DNA from: Candidatus Multivoradales bacterium
GTDB lineage: Bacteria > Acidobacteriota > Thermoanaerobaculia > Multivoradales > J023
Assembly: GCA_965248925.1 (NCBI GenBank)
Contig: CBDFLE010000005.1
Span: 1,024,001-1,088,000 of the forward strand
Reading direction: 5' to 3'
DNA length: 64,000 nt
Both the position numbers and the translations under genes were made by a program. Under the pieces are notes generated by a model. The model searched no databases and was not told where the DNA came from. It saw only the letters and a list, made by a program, of their open reading frames with translations. Within the stretch, counting starts at the first letter, position 1. Each line of letters begins with the position of its first letter. Below, piece after piece: positions 9,979 to 18,432 of the stretch.

Positions 9979-12377
9979 GCCAAGACAGTGGCCAGGAGCT
10001 GGATCTCCTTTTCCGGGCCCTTGATGTACCGACTGCAGAAAGAGTCGACTTCCTGCGCCGAGAGTGCCCGGAGGACGCGGCTCTGGCCCAGCGAGTTTTC
10101 GCCATGTTGGCCAGCCAGGACACCGCCAGCCTGATCGACCAGCCCCTCTTCGATATCCACCAGGAAGAGCCCCTGCCGGTCGAGAAGATTGGCTCCTACC
10201 GGCTGCTGAAACGCCTCGGTCGCGGCGGTATGGGTTCAGTCTTTCTCGCCGAGCGCGAAGATTTCGCACAGCGGGTGGCGTTGAAAGTCATCCGCCGCGG
10301 CCTCGATCTGGACGCTGGACTGGTGCGCCGCTTTCACAACGAGCGCCAGATCCTGGCGCGCTTGCAACACAAGAATATCGCTCAGGTCTTCGATGGTGGC
10401 ACCGTCAGCGATCGGCTGCCCTACTTCGTCATGGAGTACGTCGAGGGCGAGCCGATCAATGCCTACTGCTTGCGGCAGCGGCTCGGAATTCCAGAGCGGC
10501 TCGAGCTTTTCCGCCAAGTCTGCGACGCGGTGGGCTACGCGCATCAAAACCTGGTGGTCCATCGCGACCTCAAACCCAGCAACATCTTGATCACCGCTAG
10601 CGGCGAGCCCAAACTGCTCGACTTCGGAGTCGCCAAGCTGCTTGACGAGAGTGTCGCCAACACCCCCCTGGCCACCGTGACCGGGCAGGCGCCAATGACC
10701 CCGCGCTACGCCAGCCCGGAGCAAATCAAAGGCGAATCGATCACCACGGTCGCCGACGTCTACTCGCTCGGAGTGCTGCTCTACGAGCTACTCACCGGCC
10801 TTAGTCCCTACCGGGTCGACACCGACATCGAGCACGATCTGGCGCGCGCGGTCTGCGAGCAAGAGCCAGATCGCCCCAGCACCGCCGCGCGTCGCCGCTC
10901 CAACGAGCACACATTGGTGATCGCCGACCGACTCGACCGCAAACTCAGCGGCGACCTCGACGCCATCGTATTGAAGGCAATCCGCAAAGAGCCTGAGCAG
11001 CGGTATGGCTCGGTCGAGCAGCTGGCGGAGGATATCGGCAGATATCTGGAGGGAATGCCGGTTGAGGCACGGGCTGGGACGTGGGCCTACCGAGCGACAA
11101 GATTCAGCCGCCGGCACCGGATCGGCCTAGCGACCGCCCTTGCCTTCGTCATACTGTCGATCAGCTACGGTCTACACGCCAACTATCTCGCTCGGCAATC
11201 CGAGGAGCAAAAGGAGATTGCCGAGAAGCAGAAGGAAATCGCCGAGAAGCAGAAGGAAAATGCCGAGAGAACGCTTGAGTTCCTGAAATCACTGTTCCTG
11301 GAAGCTTCGCCCGATGCAGTAGCAATATCCAAGCTGTCGGCGATCGACCTGCTGCGCCGAGGCAAGGACAGGGTCCTCAACCAAGAGCTAGCCAGCCACC
11401 AATCCAGAGAGGTGATTGCCGGAGACCTAGGTTCCTTGTTCCGAGAACTTGGTTACTACGATGATTCCCAACAGCTCATGCAGCGCGCCCTAGAACTTGC
11501 ACTTGATAACCATCCTTCTCCCCATCAAGACATTGCAAGAAGACTCAATAACCTCGCTGTGGTCTACCACGAGTTCGACAAATATGACGACGCAGCGAAG
11601 CGCTTCAGAGAAGTCCTGCAGATGAAGGAGGTGCTCAAGCAGACTGCCCAGCAGATCTTCAAAGCGAAGAGCAACCTCGCATCCGCCTTGATGCACGCTG
11701 GGCATCCGCGGCAAGCCGAAATTCTCTTCGAGGAAGTATTGGTGGGCCGCAGAGCGCTCTACAAGAACTCAGAAACTGATCTGAATCTTGCTTCGAGCTA
11801 TCAAAATTCTGCTGCCAACCAACTTCAATTAGGCAATCTTGACCGAGCCCTAGAAAGATCCCAGAGAGCCCTTAGCGCTCGACGCAAGAGCAAGAAACCC
11901 ACATTCGTCGCCGATTCGCTGCACCTCATCGGCAAGATATGGCTCGAAAAAGGCGACAGTTCGCAAGCGAGAATCTCATTCAGTGAGTCGTTTAGTATCC
12001 GTGATATTCATTTGAAGAGCGACCACCGAAAGATCTCTCTCTCCAAGCGCTTTCTCTCAGAGTCCCTTCTTGAAACCGATCTCGATACCGCCGAAGTCCG
12101 CCTCGATCAAGCTATCGCAGCTCTTTCGAAGTCCCCTGATCCGGGCTGGCGCATGGCGGATTTTCTGAGTGTCAAAGGGGAACTCAGATCGCGCCAAGGT
12201 GATCCCGAGGAGGCAGCGATTCTACTACAACAAAGTTACGATCGCCTTCGCGAGATTCGCGGGCCGCAAGTCTGGGTTACCCGACGTGCCAAGGCCCGTC
12301 TGCAGGAGTTCCTACAGGCGGGCCCAAGCGATCAAATGCCCCTCTACCAGGCCGAAGTGTCGACCCGCAGCCCATAG
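9975..12377 (+). CDS. Hanks-type Ser/Thr kinase with TM helix and C-terminal TPRs
   Basis: LGRGGMG, VALK, HRDLKPSN, DFG, YASPEQ, a TM segment and TPR-like LNNLA repeats. GTG start overlaps the ECF stop. Confidence 0.9.
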   Translation: MSQDSGQELDLLFRALDVPTAERVDFLRRECPEDAALAQRVFAMLASQDTASLIDQPLFDIHQEEPLPVEKIGSYRLLKRLGRGGMGSVFLAEREDFAQRVALKVIRRGLDLDAGLVRRFHNERQILARLQHKNIAQVFDGGTVSDRLPYFVMEYVEGEPINAYCLRQRLGIPERLELFRQVCDAVGYAHQNLVVHRDLKPSNILITASGEPKLLDFGVAKLLDESVANTPLATVTGQAPMTPRYASPEQIKGESITTVADVYSLGVLLYELLTGLSPYRVDTDIEHDLARAVCEQEPDRPSTAARRRSNEHTLVIADRLDRKLSGDLDAIVLKAIRKEPEQRYGSVEQLAEDIGRYLEGMPVEARAGTWAYRATRFSRRHRIGLATALAFVILSISYGLHANYLARQSEEQKEIAEKQKEIAEKQKENAERTLEFLKSLFLEASPDAVAISKLSAIDLLRRGKDRVLNQELASHQSREVIAGDLGSLFRELGYYDDSQQLMQRALELALDNHPSPHQDIARRLNNLAVVYHEFDKYDDAAKRFREVLQMKEVLKQTAQQIFKAKSNLASALMHAGHPRQAEILFEEVLVGRRALYKNSETDLNLASSYQNSAANQLQLGNLDRALERSQRALSARRKSKKPTFVADSLHLIGKIWLEKGDSSQARISFSESFSIRDIHLKSDHRKISLSKRFLSESLLETDLDTAEVRLDQAIAALSKSPDPGWRMADFLSVKGELRSRQGDPEEAAILLQQSYDRLREIRGPQVWVTRRAKARLQEFLQAGPSDQMPLYQAEVSTRSP

Positions 12378-13258
12378 GCACCCTCGGCGCCGTCGCGGCC
12401 TGCGACCCGTAGATAGTACGTGCCGGAAACTAGCGCCGTGGCTAGCCGAAAGTTGCTGCCTTCGCCATCATCGTCACTGAAGACTATCTGCTGCCCCTGC
12501 TTGTTGTAGAGCCGAGCCACGGTATCGAGATCGCCAGTACTTTCGACCACCAAGCGCCAGATCTGCGCCCCGTCGGGACTACCAAGATTGATGCGGTAGT
12601 AGTCCTCATCGTCGCCCCAACGGTTGGAGATCTCAGCCGCTAGACCCGCTGAATCCAACAGGCTGGCACAGGATCGTGAATCACCGTGATCGTCCCCCGG
12701 CGCAATGCATGAGCCGGACAAGACCGGGCCACCAAGCCCCTGTGGGGCGCCGCCGCCGGCATCGATCTCAATCTCATCCTCATCTTCCCCTTCCTTGGCC
12801 TGCACTACACCGGCCGCATGATCCGCCAGCGACAGGAAGCTGCTATGCACCTTGACCACGCCGAGCTCGCGGCGTTGATCGGCGGCCGACAAACGGAAGA
12901 GCAAGGAGCCTGGGCGGTCAACGCGGGCCAACAAGGCGTTCGGACTACGCTCGATGATCTGTAACGGGTCTGCTGAATTTGCGTGACAAGAGAATCCCCA
13001 GAAGGAAAGCAAGGAGGACTCGGCGGCACCGCTGATCTCAATCTTGACCCAACCGGCTGCTGGGGCATCGAAGCGAAGCCACTCGCCACCGCGCGAAACC
13101 ACAGTTCGCGCAACTTGTCCGGCAACCAGATCCAAGGGTCGGAAGCAAGCGGCAGAAGAGGGTTGCGCGTAACTCGCACGCGGTACCACCAAGACCAAAG
13201 CGGCAGCTATTAGAAGGTATCTGACAGGACTGGTGCTGATCGACAAATTTGCAAACAT
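12344..13258 (-). CDS. Secreted protein with PPC (pre-peptidase C-terminal)-like domain
   Basis: Signal peptide, DDHGD, DEDYY, DDDGEGSNF, GTYYLRV...G.Y.L. Confidence 0.7.
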   Translation of the reverse strand: MFANLSISTSPVRYLLIAAALVLVVPRASYAQPSSAACFRPLDLVAGQVARTVVSRGGEWLRFDAPAAGWVKIEISGAAESSLLSFWGFSCHANSADPLQIIERSPNALLARVDRPGSLLFRLSAADQRRELGVVKVHSSFLSLADHAAGVVQAKEGEDEDEIEIDAGGGAPQGLGGPVLSGSCIAPGDDHGDSRSCASLLDSAGLAAEISNRWGDDEDYYRINLGSPDGAQIWRLVVESTGDLDTVARLYNKQGQQIVFSDDDGEGSNFRLATALVSGTYYLRVAGRDGAEGAYGLRVDTSAW

Positions 13259-13531
13259 CACATGCTCCATTCTCGGCCTCGAGAGGCCAATTAAAGATGT
13301 TCTGTTTGCCGGCAAACAAAGACTGAGCTCGCAATGTAAGACGGACGTGGCTGGATTCTTCCGGCAAGAAAGTGTCGAAAGGAGTGGTATTTCCAGAAAG
13401 ATCCTAAGGAGGATCGCTAGAAACCATAAATCTTCGGCGGTGAACTCGCCGCAATCGGCTGGATAGCAAGTGTCCGACAAGAAGCGTCGGGGCCGGCTAA
13501 GCTGCCGGCCAAGGGACTGCGGCGAGTCTGT

Positions 13532-13858
13532 CTACTTGGCGGGCAAGGAACGCACGAAGCGGCCGCCGCGCTCGACCCAGGCGGCCAGCGTGCTGTCCTC
13601 GGCGATGCCCTCCGGGGCGACGAAAACGAAACCTCTCAGGGGCCGGCCGGTGAAATCCATCTTGCGGGCAAAGGACTGCTCCAGCGCCTCGGCGTAAGCT
13701 TCCGGGCCGACCCTCACCATCAGCTCGTCGCCCGAGACGCCGACGCACATGTGGCCCCGCACCATGAAGCACAGGCCGCCGAACATTTTCTTCTCCTCGT
13801 ACGCTTCGCCTGCCAGAGTGTCGCGCAGGCGCTCGGCAAGACCTTCGTCATAGGGCAT
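13532..13858 (-). CDS. TfoX/Sxy N-terminal domain protein
   Basis: YDEGLAERLR, EKKMFGGLCFMV.GHMC, MDFTGRP. Confidence 0.9.
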   Translation of the reverse strand: MPYDEGLAERLRDTLAGEAYEEKKMFGGLCFMVRGHMCVGVSGDELMVRVGPEAYAEALEQSFARKMDFTGRPLRGFVFVAPEGIAEDSTLAAWVERGGRFVRSLPAK

Positions 13859-14096
13859 CGGTGGCTCCTGGTAGATCGTCCTCAATCGTCCTCAAGGGGA
13901 GGAAAGTCGCAGGGATTATACAGCCCAACGCGGAATTCCCTGCTTGCCGGCTCACCTTGTGCGGTTTGGGATAGGGTCGCTAGCATCAGGATGCAGACGA
14001 GAATCATGCCCGAAGACCCTTCGATGACCGCAACCGACGGCCAGCCGCCGATCAGCTGGCCCAAGACCGTCGACCAGCAGAGCTGAGCCAATATCG

Positions 14097-14945
14097 ATGG
14101 AGCTATTCCGCACTCTCGGCTGTCTGCTCGAGACACCGACCCCCGAGACTGACCGCCTCGCTCAGCTACTCGACCTTGGCCCGCCGCCGTCAGCGGCTGA
14201 GCACACGGCGGTTTTTGTGCTCGAACTCTACCCCTATGCTTCGGTCTATCTGGGAGAGGGCGGCAAGCTCGGCGGCGAAGCCCGCGATGCGATCGCCGGC
14301 TTCTGGCGCGTACTGGGTGAAGAGCCACCGAAGGAGCCCGACCACCTGGTCGTTCTGCTGGCGACTTACGCCCGCCTGGCCGAACTCGAGGACCAAGACC
14401 TACGGCACACTGAGCGCTGGCGCCATGCGCGTCTGGCTTTTCTCTGGGAGCACCTGCTGAGCTGGCTGCCGATCTACCTCGACAAGCTGGCGCAGGCCGA
14501 GTTCCCCTTCTATCGCCGCTGGTCCGAAGTGGCCCGACAAGCCTTGAATTCCCAAGCCGACGAGATCGACGCTCCTCCAGCCCTGCCCCTTCACTTGCGC
14601 CGAGCAGCTCAGCTGGCGGATCCCCGGCAGGCCGGTGCCGAAGCGTTTCTCAGAGACCTGCTCAGCCCGGTACAGAGTGGCCTGCTGCTGACCCGAAGCG
14701 ATTTGGCCCGCCTTGGCGAGGAGCTGGATCTGGGTCTGCGGCGGGGCGAGCGCCGCTTTCAGCTCAACGCCCTGCTCGGCCAAGATGGCGCTGGGGTCTT
14801 GGCCTGGCTGGCGGACTACGCCGGCCAGCCAGGCGGGCGATTCCCGGCGCCGGCCAAGGTGATCAAGAACCACTGGCAGCAGCGGCGGCACACTACCGCG
14901 AAGCTCCTCGAAGAGCTCTCCATCGAGCAAGCTCGTTCAGCATAG
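14097..14945 (+). CDS. TorD/DmsD-family chaperone
   Basis: PYASVYL, EPDHL, FLWEHLLSW motifs. Confidence 0.8.
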   Translation: MELFRTLGCLLETPTPETDRLAQLLDLGPPPSAAEHTAVFVLELYPYASVYLGEGGKLGGEARDAIAGFWRVLGEEPPKEPDHLVVLLATYARLAELEDQDLRHTERWRHARLAFLWEHLLSWLPIYLDKLAQAEFPFYRRWSEVARQALNSQADEIDAPPALPLHLRRAAQLADPRQAGAEAFLRDLLSPVQSGLLLTRSDLARLGEELDLGLRRGERRFQLNALLGQDGAGVLAWLADYAGQPGGRFPAPAKVIKNHWQQRRHTTAKLLEELSIEQARSA

Positions 14946-15435
14946 ACCTCGACCAAGAAGGAACCTGAAGAGGCGGTGATCACCCAGACTCGCAGCAGTC
15001 GGAATAGAATCAAGCGCACAGAGTCAAACTCAGATTCGGGTATGGGCGAGATCGGTCAAGAGTATGGACGAGATCTGCATCAGCTATCACTTTGCTTTCC
15101 AATGCAAAGTCTGGGGGAGAAGGGAGCAGGCGTGATGGCGAGATGGCAGGGTTGCAAAAGGGTCGCCTCCCGATAGTGTGACAGGGTAAGGATGATGCCG
15201 GAAGTGAACCCTCAAGCCGGCCGCAGTGACGCCCTACGAGGACGATGCAGACCGGTAGCGACAAACCACCCCTTCGGGTAGCGACGACATCCTTGCTTCA
15301 GTGAAAGGATGGGCCCGTGCTCAGGACGGAGTACGGCAGTCCCGCCTCAAGTAGTCCCGAGTCGCACTCGGCTCTGGGGATTTGGGCTTGCGCTTCGGAC
15401 AGACCGGGATCGGGAGCGAAGGTGAGGTGGTGCCA

Positions 15436-15903
15436 GTGAAACGAGTACAGCAAATCCTAAGAAGCTTGATGAGTTCGACGCCTGACCTCGAAGGCGCCAC
15501 GGTGGTGACTCCGGACGGCCGAGCGTTGGCCTCGACGTTTCCGGCGGGGACCGACCAGGACCGGGTCTCCGCGATGGCGGCGGCCCTGCTCTCGCTCGGT
15601 GAGCGAATCGCTGGCGAACTCGAGCGCGGCGTGTTGGAGCAGATCTACGTCAAAGGAAGCAGTGGCTACACCGTTCTGATGCATGCGGACGGCGAGTGGG
15701 TCTTGGAAGTAGTTACCGGGCCGCTGGCGAGGTTGGGAATGGTACTGCTCGAAATGGAAGAAGCGGTGCGACATCTCAACGAAATGTCCGACCTGGCCAA
15801 GAGCACCCAGGAGATCGTACTCGCCAAAGGTACCCAGGAACTCTCGATACCTGCCACCAATGCCAGCGACACTGCTGGCACCCTATTCGAATCCAGGTAC
15901 TAA
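15436..15903 (+). CDS. Roadblock/LC7 (MglB-like) protein 1
   Basis: VVTPDG..LAS, DRVSAMAAALLSLGER, GVLEQIYVKG, RLGMV. Has a ~35-aa C-terminal extension. Confidence 0.88.
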   Translation: MKRVQQILRSLMSSTPDLEGATVVTPDGRALASTFPAGTDQDRVSAMAAALLSLGERIAGELERGVLEQIYVKGSSGYTVLMHADGEWVLEVVTGPLARLGMVLLEMEEAVRHLNEMSDLAKSTQEIVLAKGTQELSIPATNASDTAGTLFESRY

Positions 15904-15922
15904 ACGACAGAAAGGAGATTGC

Positions 15923-16291
15923 ATGGCAACGCGAGCAGAAGCGATGCAGCAAACGCTGAAGAATCTGGTAGCCAACACACCGGACCTAGAAGGTGCCGCG
16001 ATGGTCAGCACTGACGGTCTGGTGTTGACCTCGGTCTTGCCGGCGGGGACCGATGAGGACCGGGTCTCCGCGATGGCGGCGGCCCTGCTCTCGCTCGGTG
16101 AACGCACCGCTGGCGAGTTGGAGCGCGGCGAGCTGGAGCAGATCTACGTCAAGGGAGCCAACGGCTATATCGTACTGATGCAGGCCGGCACCGACACGGT
16201 CTTGGAGGCCATCGCCGGACAGTCGGCGAAGCTCGGCATGGTGCTCCTCGAGATGAAGCGAGCAGCCCACGAGCTTGTCAGGATCGTCTAG
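15923..16291 (+). CDS. Roadblock/LC7 (MglB-like) protein 2
   Basis: AAGGAG RBS, VSTDGL, DRVSAMAAALLSLGER, KLGMVLLEMKR. Confidence 0.92.
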   Translation: MATRAEAMQQTLKNLVANTPDLEGAAMVSTDGLVLTSVLPAGTDEDRVSAMAAALLSLGERTAGELERGELEQIYVKGANGYIVLMQAGTDTVLEAIAGQSAKLGMVLLEMKRAAHELVRIV

Positions 16292-16296
16292 TAGCA

Positions 16297-16722
16297 ATGC
16301 CTTCCTCGGCCGAGCTGCTCAAGGACTGTCTCTTCTCTCTGACCACCCGAGTGCAGGAGATCCGGGCGCTGTCGCTGGTCGACCGCAACGGTCTGCCCCT
16401 GGTCTCTACGCTGGGCACCGGAGCGTTGGAGGAGATGCTGGCGGCGTTCGGCGGCTCGATCTGGACCCAGCTCGACCGCGCGCAACAGGACTTCCAGATG
16501 GGGCCGCTCTATCAGGCACATATCATCGGACGGGACCGGCAGATCTTTGTCACCCCGATAAATCAAGACGCGGCGCTGGTGGCCATGGTTGAGTCCTACG
16601 CCACCGCGGCCACCATCACCATGCATCTACTGGCCCTTTCCCGCACCGTAGCGCAACACCTACCAGAATCACTGGCCGCCAGCGATGAAGCCGTCGCCAA
16701 CTCAGTGAGTCACAAGACCTAG
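16297..16722 (+). CDS. Roadblock/LC7-like protein 3 (divergent)
   Basis: LVDRNGLPLVS, LAA.G, G.L.Q..I.G pattern. Operonic spacing. Confidence 0.75.
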   Translation: MPSSAELLKDCLFSLTTRVQEIRALSLVDRNGLPLVSTLGTGALEEMLAAFGGSIWTQLDRAQQDFQMGPLYQAHIIGRDRQIFVTPINQDAALVAMVESYATAATITMHLLALSRTVAQHLPESLAASDEAVANSVSHKT

Positions 16723-16731
16723 GAGAATTCG

Positions 16732-17292
16732 ATGAAGGCGACTCTGGAGCATCTGATCTCGTTGACCGGTCACACGGAGGAGGACTTCGAGATCCTCGGG
16801 CGCCACGCTGCGATCACGCAGCAGTGGGCCGACGACGCCGTGCAGGCCTTTTACGACACCCTATTCGCCTACCCGCCCACCTCGGTAGTCTTCCGCGAGG
16901 GCGAGCGCCCGGAGCGTGAGGCCACCCTGCGCGCCTGGTACCTGGAGGTCACCAGCGGCACAATCCGCGGCGACTTCTGGAACCATCAGTGGATCGTCGG
17001 CCTAGTCCACATCAAGCGCCAGGTCACCAACAGCTTCATGATCTCGATGGTCAGCCGGCTGCAGCTGGTGTTTCTCGAGAAGTGCCTCGCGACGCTCGAT
17101 CAAGCCGCGGCGGAGGCCGTCTTCGGAGCCTTCAAGCGGGTCACCGACATCGTGCTGGGGCTGATCGCAGAGGGTTACCATCAGGGCTACATCGAAGCGG
17201 TGACCGACGTCACTGGCATGAACGCGGCGTTGATCGACCGCATGGCAGACGTAGCGGTCGACAAGCTGCTTACCAAAGCCCGTCAAGGCTGA
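16732..17292 (+). CDS. Stand-alone protoglobin / sensor-globin domain protein
   Basis: G.TEED...L, FYD.LF (B10 Tyr), L.AWY, VGLVH (proximal His). AGGAG RBS. Confidence 0.85.
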   Translation: MKATLEHLISLTGHTEEDFEILGRHAAITQQWADDAVQAFYDTLFAYPPTSVVFREGERPEREATLRAWYLEVTSGTIRGDFWNHQWIVGLVHIKRQVTNSFMISMVSRLQLVFLEKCLATLDQAAAEAVFGAFKRVTDIVLGLIAEGYHQGYIEAVTDVTGMNAALIDRMADVAVDKLLTKARQG

Positions 17293-17310
17293 GCAGGAGC
17301 CTGTACCGAC

Positions 17311-17838
17311 ATGGCGAGAGGACTCGGGCCGCCACCCTGCGGCGGCACCACAGTGCGCGGCAAGGTCGTGATCCTCGGTGCAGCCGAGGCCGGCAAGAGC
17401 ACGCTCATCACCACCCTCTGCCCAAACAGCATGAACCTCCACGTCGACGGCCGGACGGTGGCGATGGACCATGGCATGCTGAGTCGAGGAAGCAGCTGTC
17501 TCTCGTTGGTCGGTGTCCCCGGGCAACAGCGCTTTGCCGCCGTCCGAGATGCTCTCGTCGCCCACGCGCTGGCCGCGGTCTGGGTCCATGCCGCCGGAGC
17601 GGAGACAGATCTGTCGACCACCGAGCTGATCCGCCGGACCGCTCTACCCTATCTGGTGTACGTCAATCTCCATGGTCGCGGAGGAGGAGAGTGGTTGACG
17701 CCGACGGTGCTACGACGCCCGCGCGCGGTGCTCGTCGGCGACCTGCTCGATCCGATGCGTAGCGAGGTGGACACTTTGAAGATGGGAATCTGGAAGCTCG
17801 CTGCCGAGCTTCCGATCGGCGCCGGCAGCTCCTCTTGA
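17311..17838 (+). CDS. MglA-like small GTPase with degenerate G4
   Basis: GAAEAGKST P-loop, TVAMDHG, GVPGQQRF. NLHG is found where NKxD is expected. Confidence 0.8.
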   Translation: MARGLGPPPCGGTTVRGKVVILGAAEAGKSTLITTLCPNSMNLHVDGRTVAMDHGMLSRGSSCLSLVGVPGQQRFAAVRDALVAHALAAVWVHAAGAETDLSTTELIRRTALPYLVYVNLHGRGGGEWLTPTVLRRPRAVLVGDLLDPMRSEVDTLKMGIWKLAAELPIGAGSSS

Positions 17839-17906
17839 AGGAATAGAAGACGCCGGGTTGACGATTCGAGCGGTTTGCGATCTTGTCGAGGGAGGGCGAG
17901 GGTGGC

Positions 17907-18311
17907 ATGACTACAACTAATGACATGGTCGCGAGTCTAATGTCCAACATCCCGCAAATCACCTCTTGCGGAGTCTTGGACTTGGAGACCAGCAAGTGGC
18001 GGCGACTGGTGCACGGACGCAGCGACCCGGAGGAGCTTCTCGACTTCGTGGCCCTTTCGGTCAAGAAGATTTTCGGCGGAGATCGGGTCAAGACCATCAA
18101 GACCCTCCTCGATGAGCACTCTACGAACCGGCCGCGCCAAAGAGAGTTCGAGGAAGTCATCCTGCGGTCGACCAACTTCTTACATGTGTTTCTGCGCCTG
18201 CATCATGAGCCTGGCACTGCGCTCTGCGCAGTGGTGTCGGGGGATGTCAAGCTAGGAATCGTCCTCAATCTGATGCGTACCGCCATCGATCGGGCCGCTG
18301 GCCCGCCATGA
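17907..18311 (+). CDS. Hypothetical protein, possibly roadblock/profilin-like fold
   Basis: GVLDLET, FEEVILRSTNFLHVF, VKLGIVL pattern. Last gene of the operon. Confidence 0.6.
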   Translation: MTTTNDMVASLMSNIPQITSCGVLDLETSKWRRLVHGRSDPEELLDFVALSVKKIFGGDRVKTIKTLLDEHSTNRPRQREFEEVILRSTNFLHVFLRLHHEPGTALCAVVSGDVKLGIVLNLMRTAIDRAAGPP

Positions 18312-18432
18312 CCTTTCGCCAGGTCGGCGGTGATCCTGCGCCGGCTCGGCAAGAATTCCGGAACTCCCGCGACCCACCGCCGTATCAGCAAGGGATCGAA
18401 CGCCGAGTCCACGCCCGACGCCCCAGAGATCT

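Noticed and set aside
15255-15345. Possible c-di-GMP-I riboswitch upstream of the roadblock operon
   Set aside because: Only loose resemblance (ACAAACCA...GACG); no GNRA tetraloop/receptor or P1 pairing could be built by eye.
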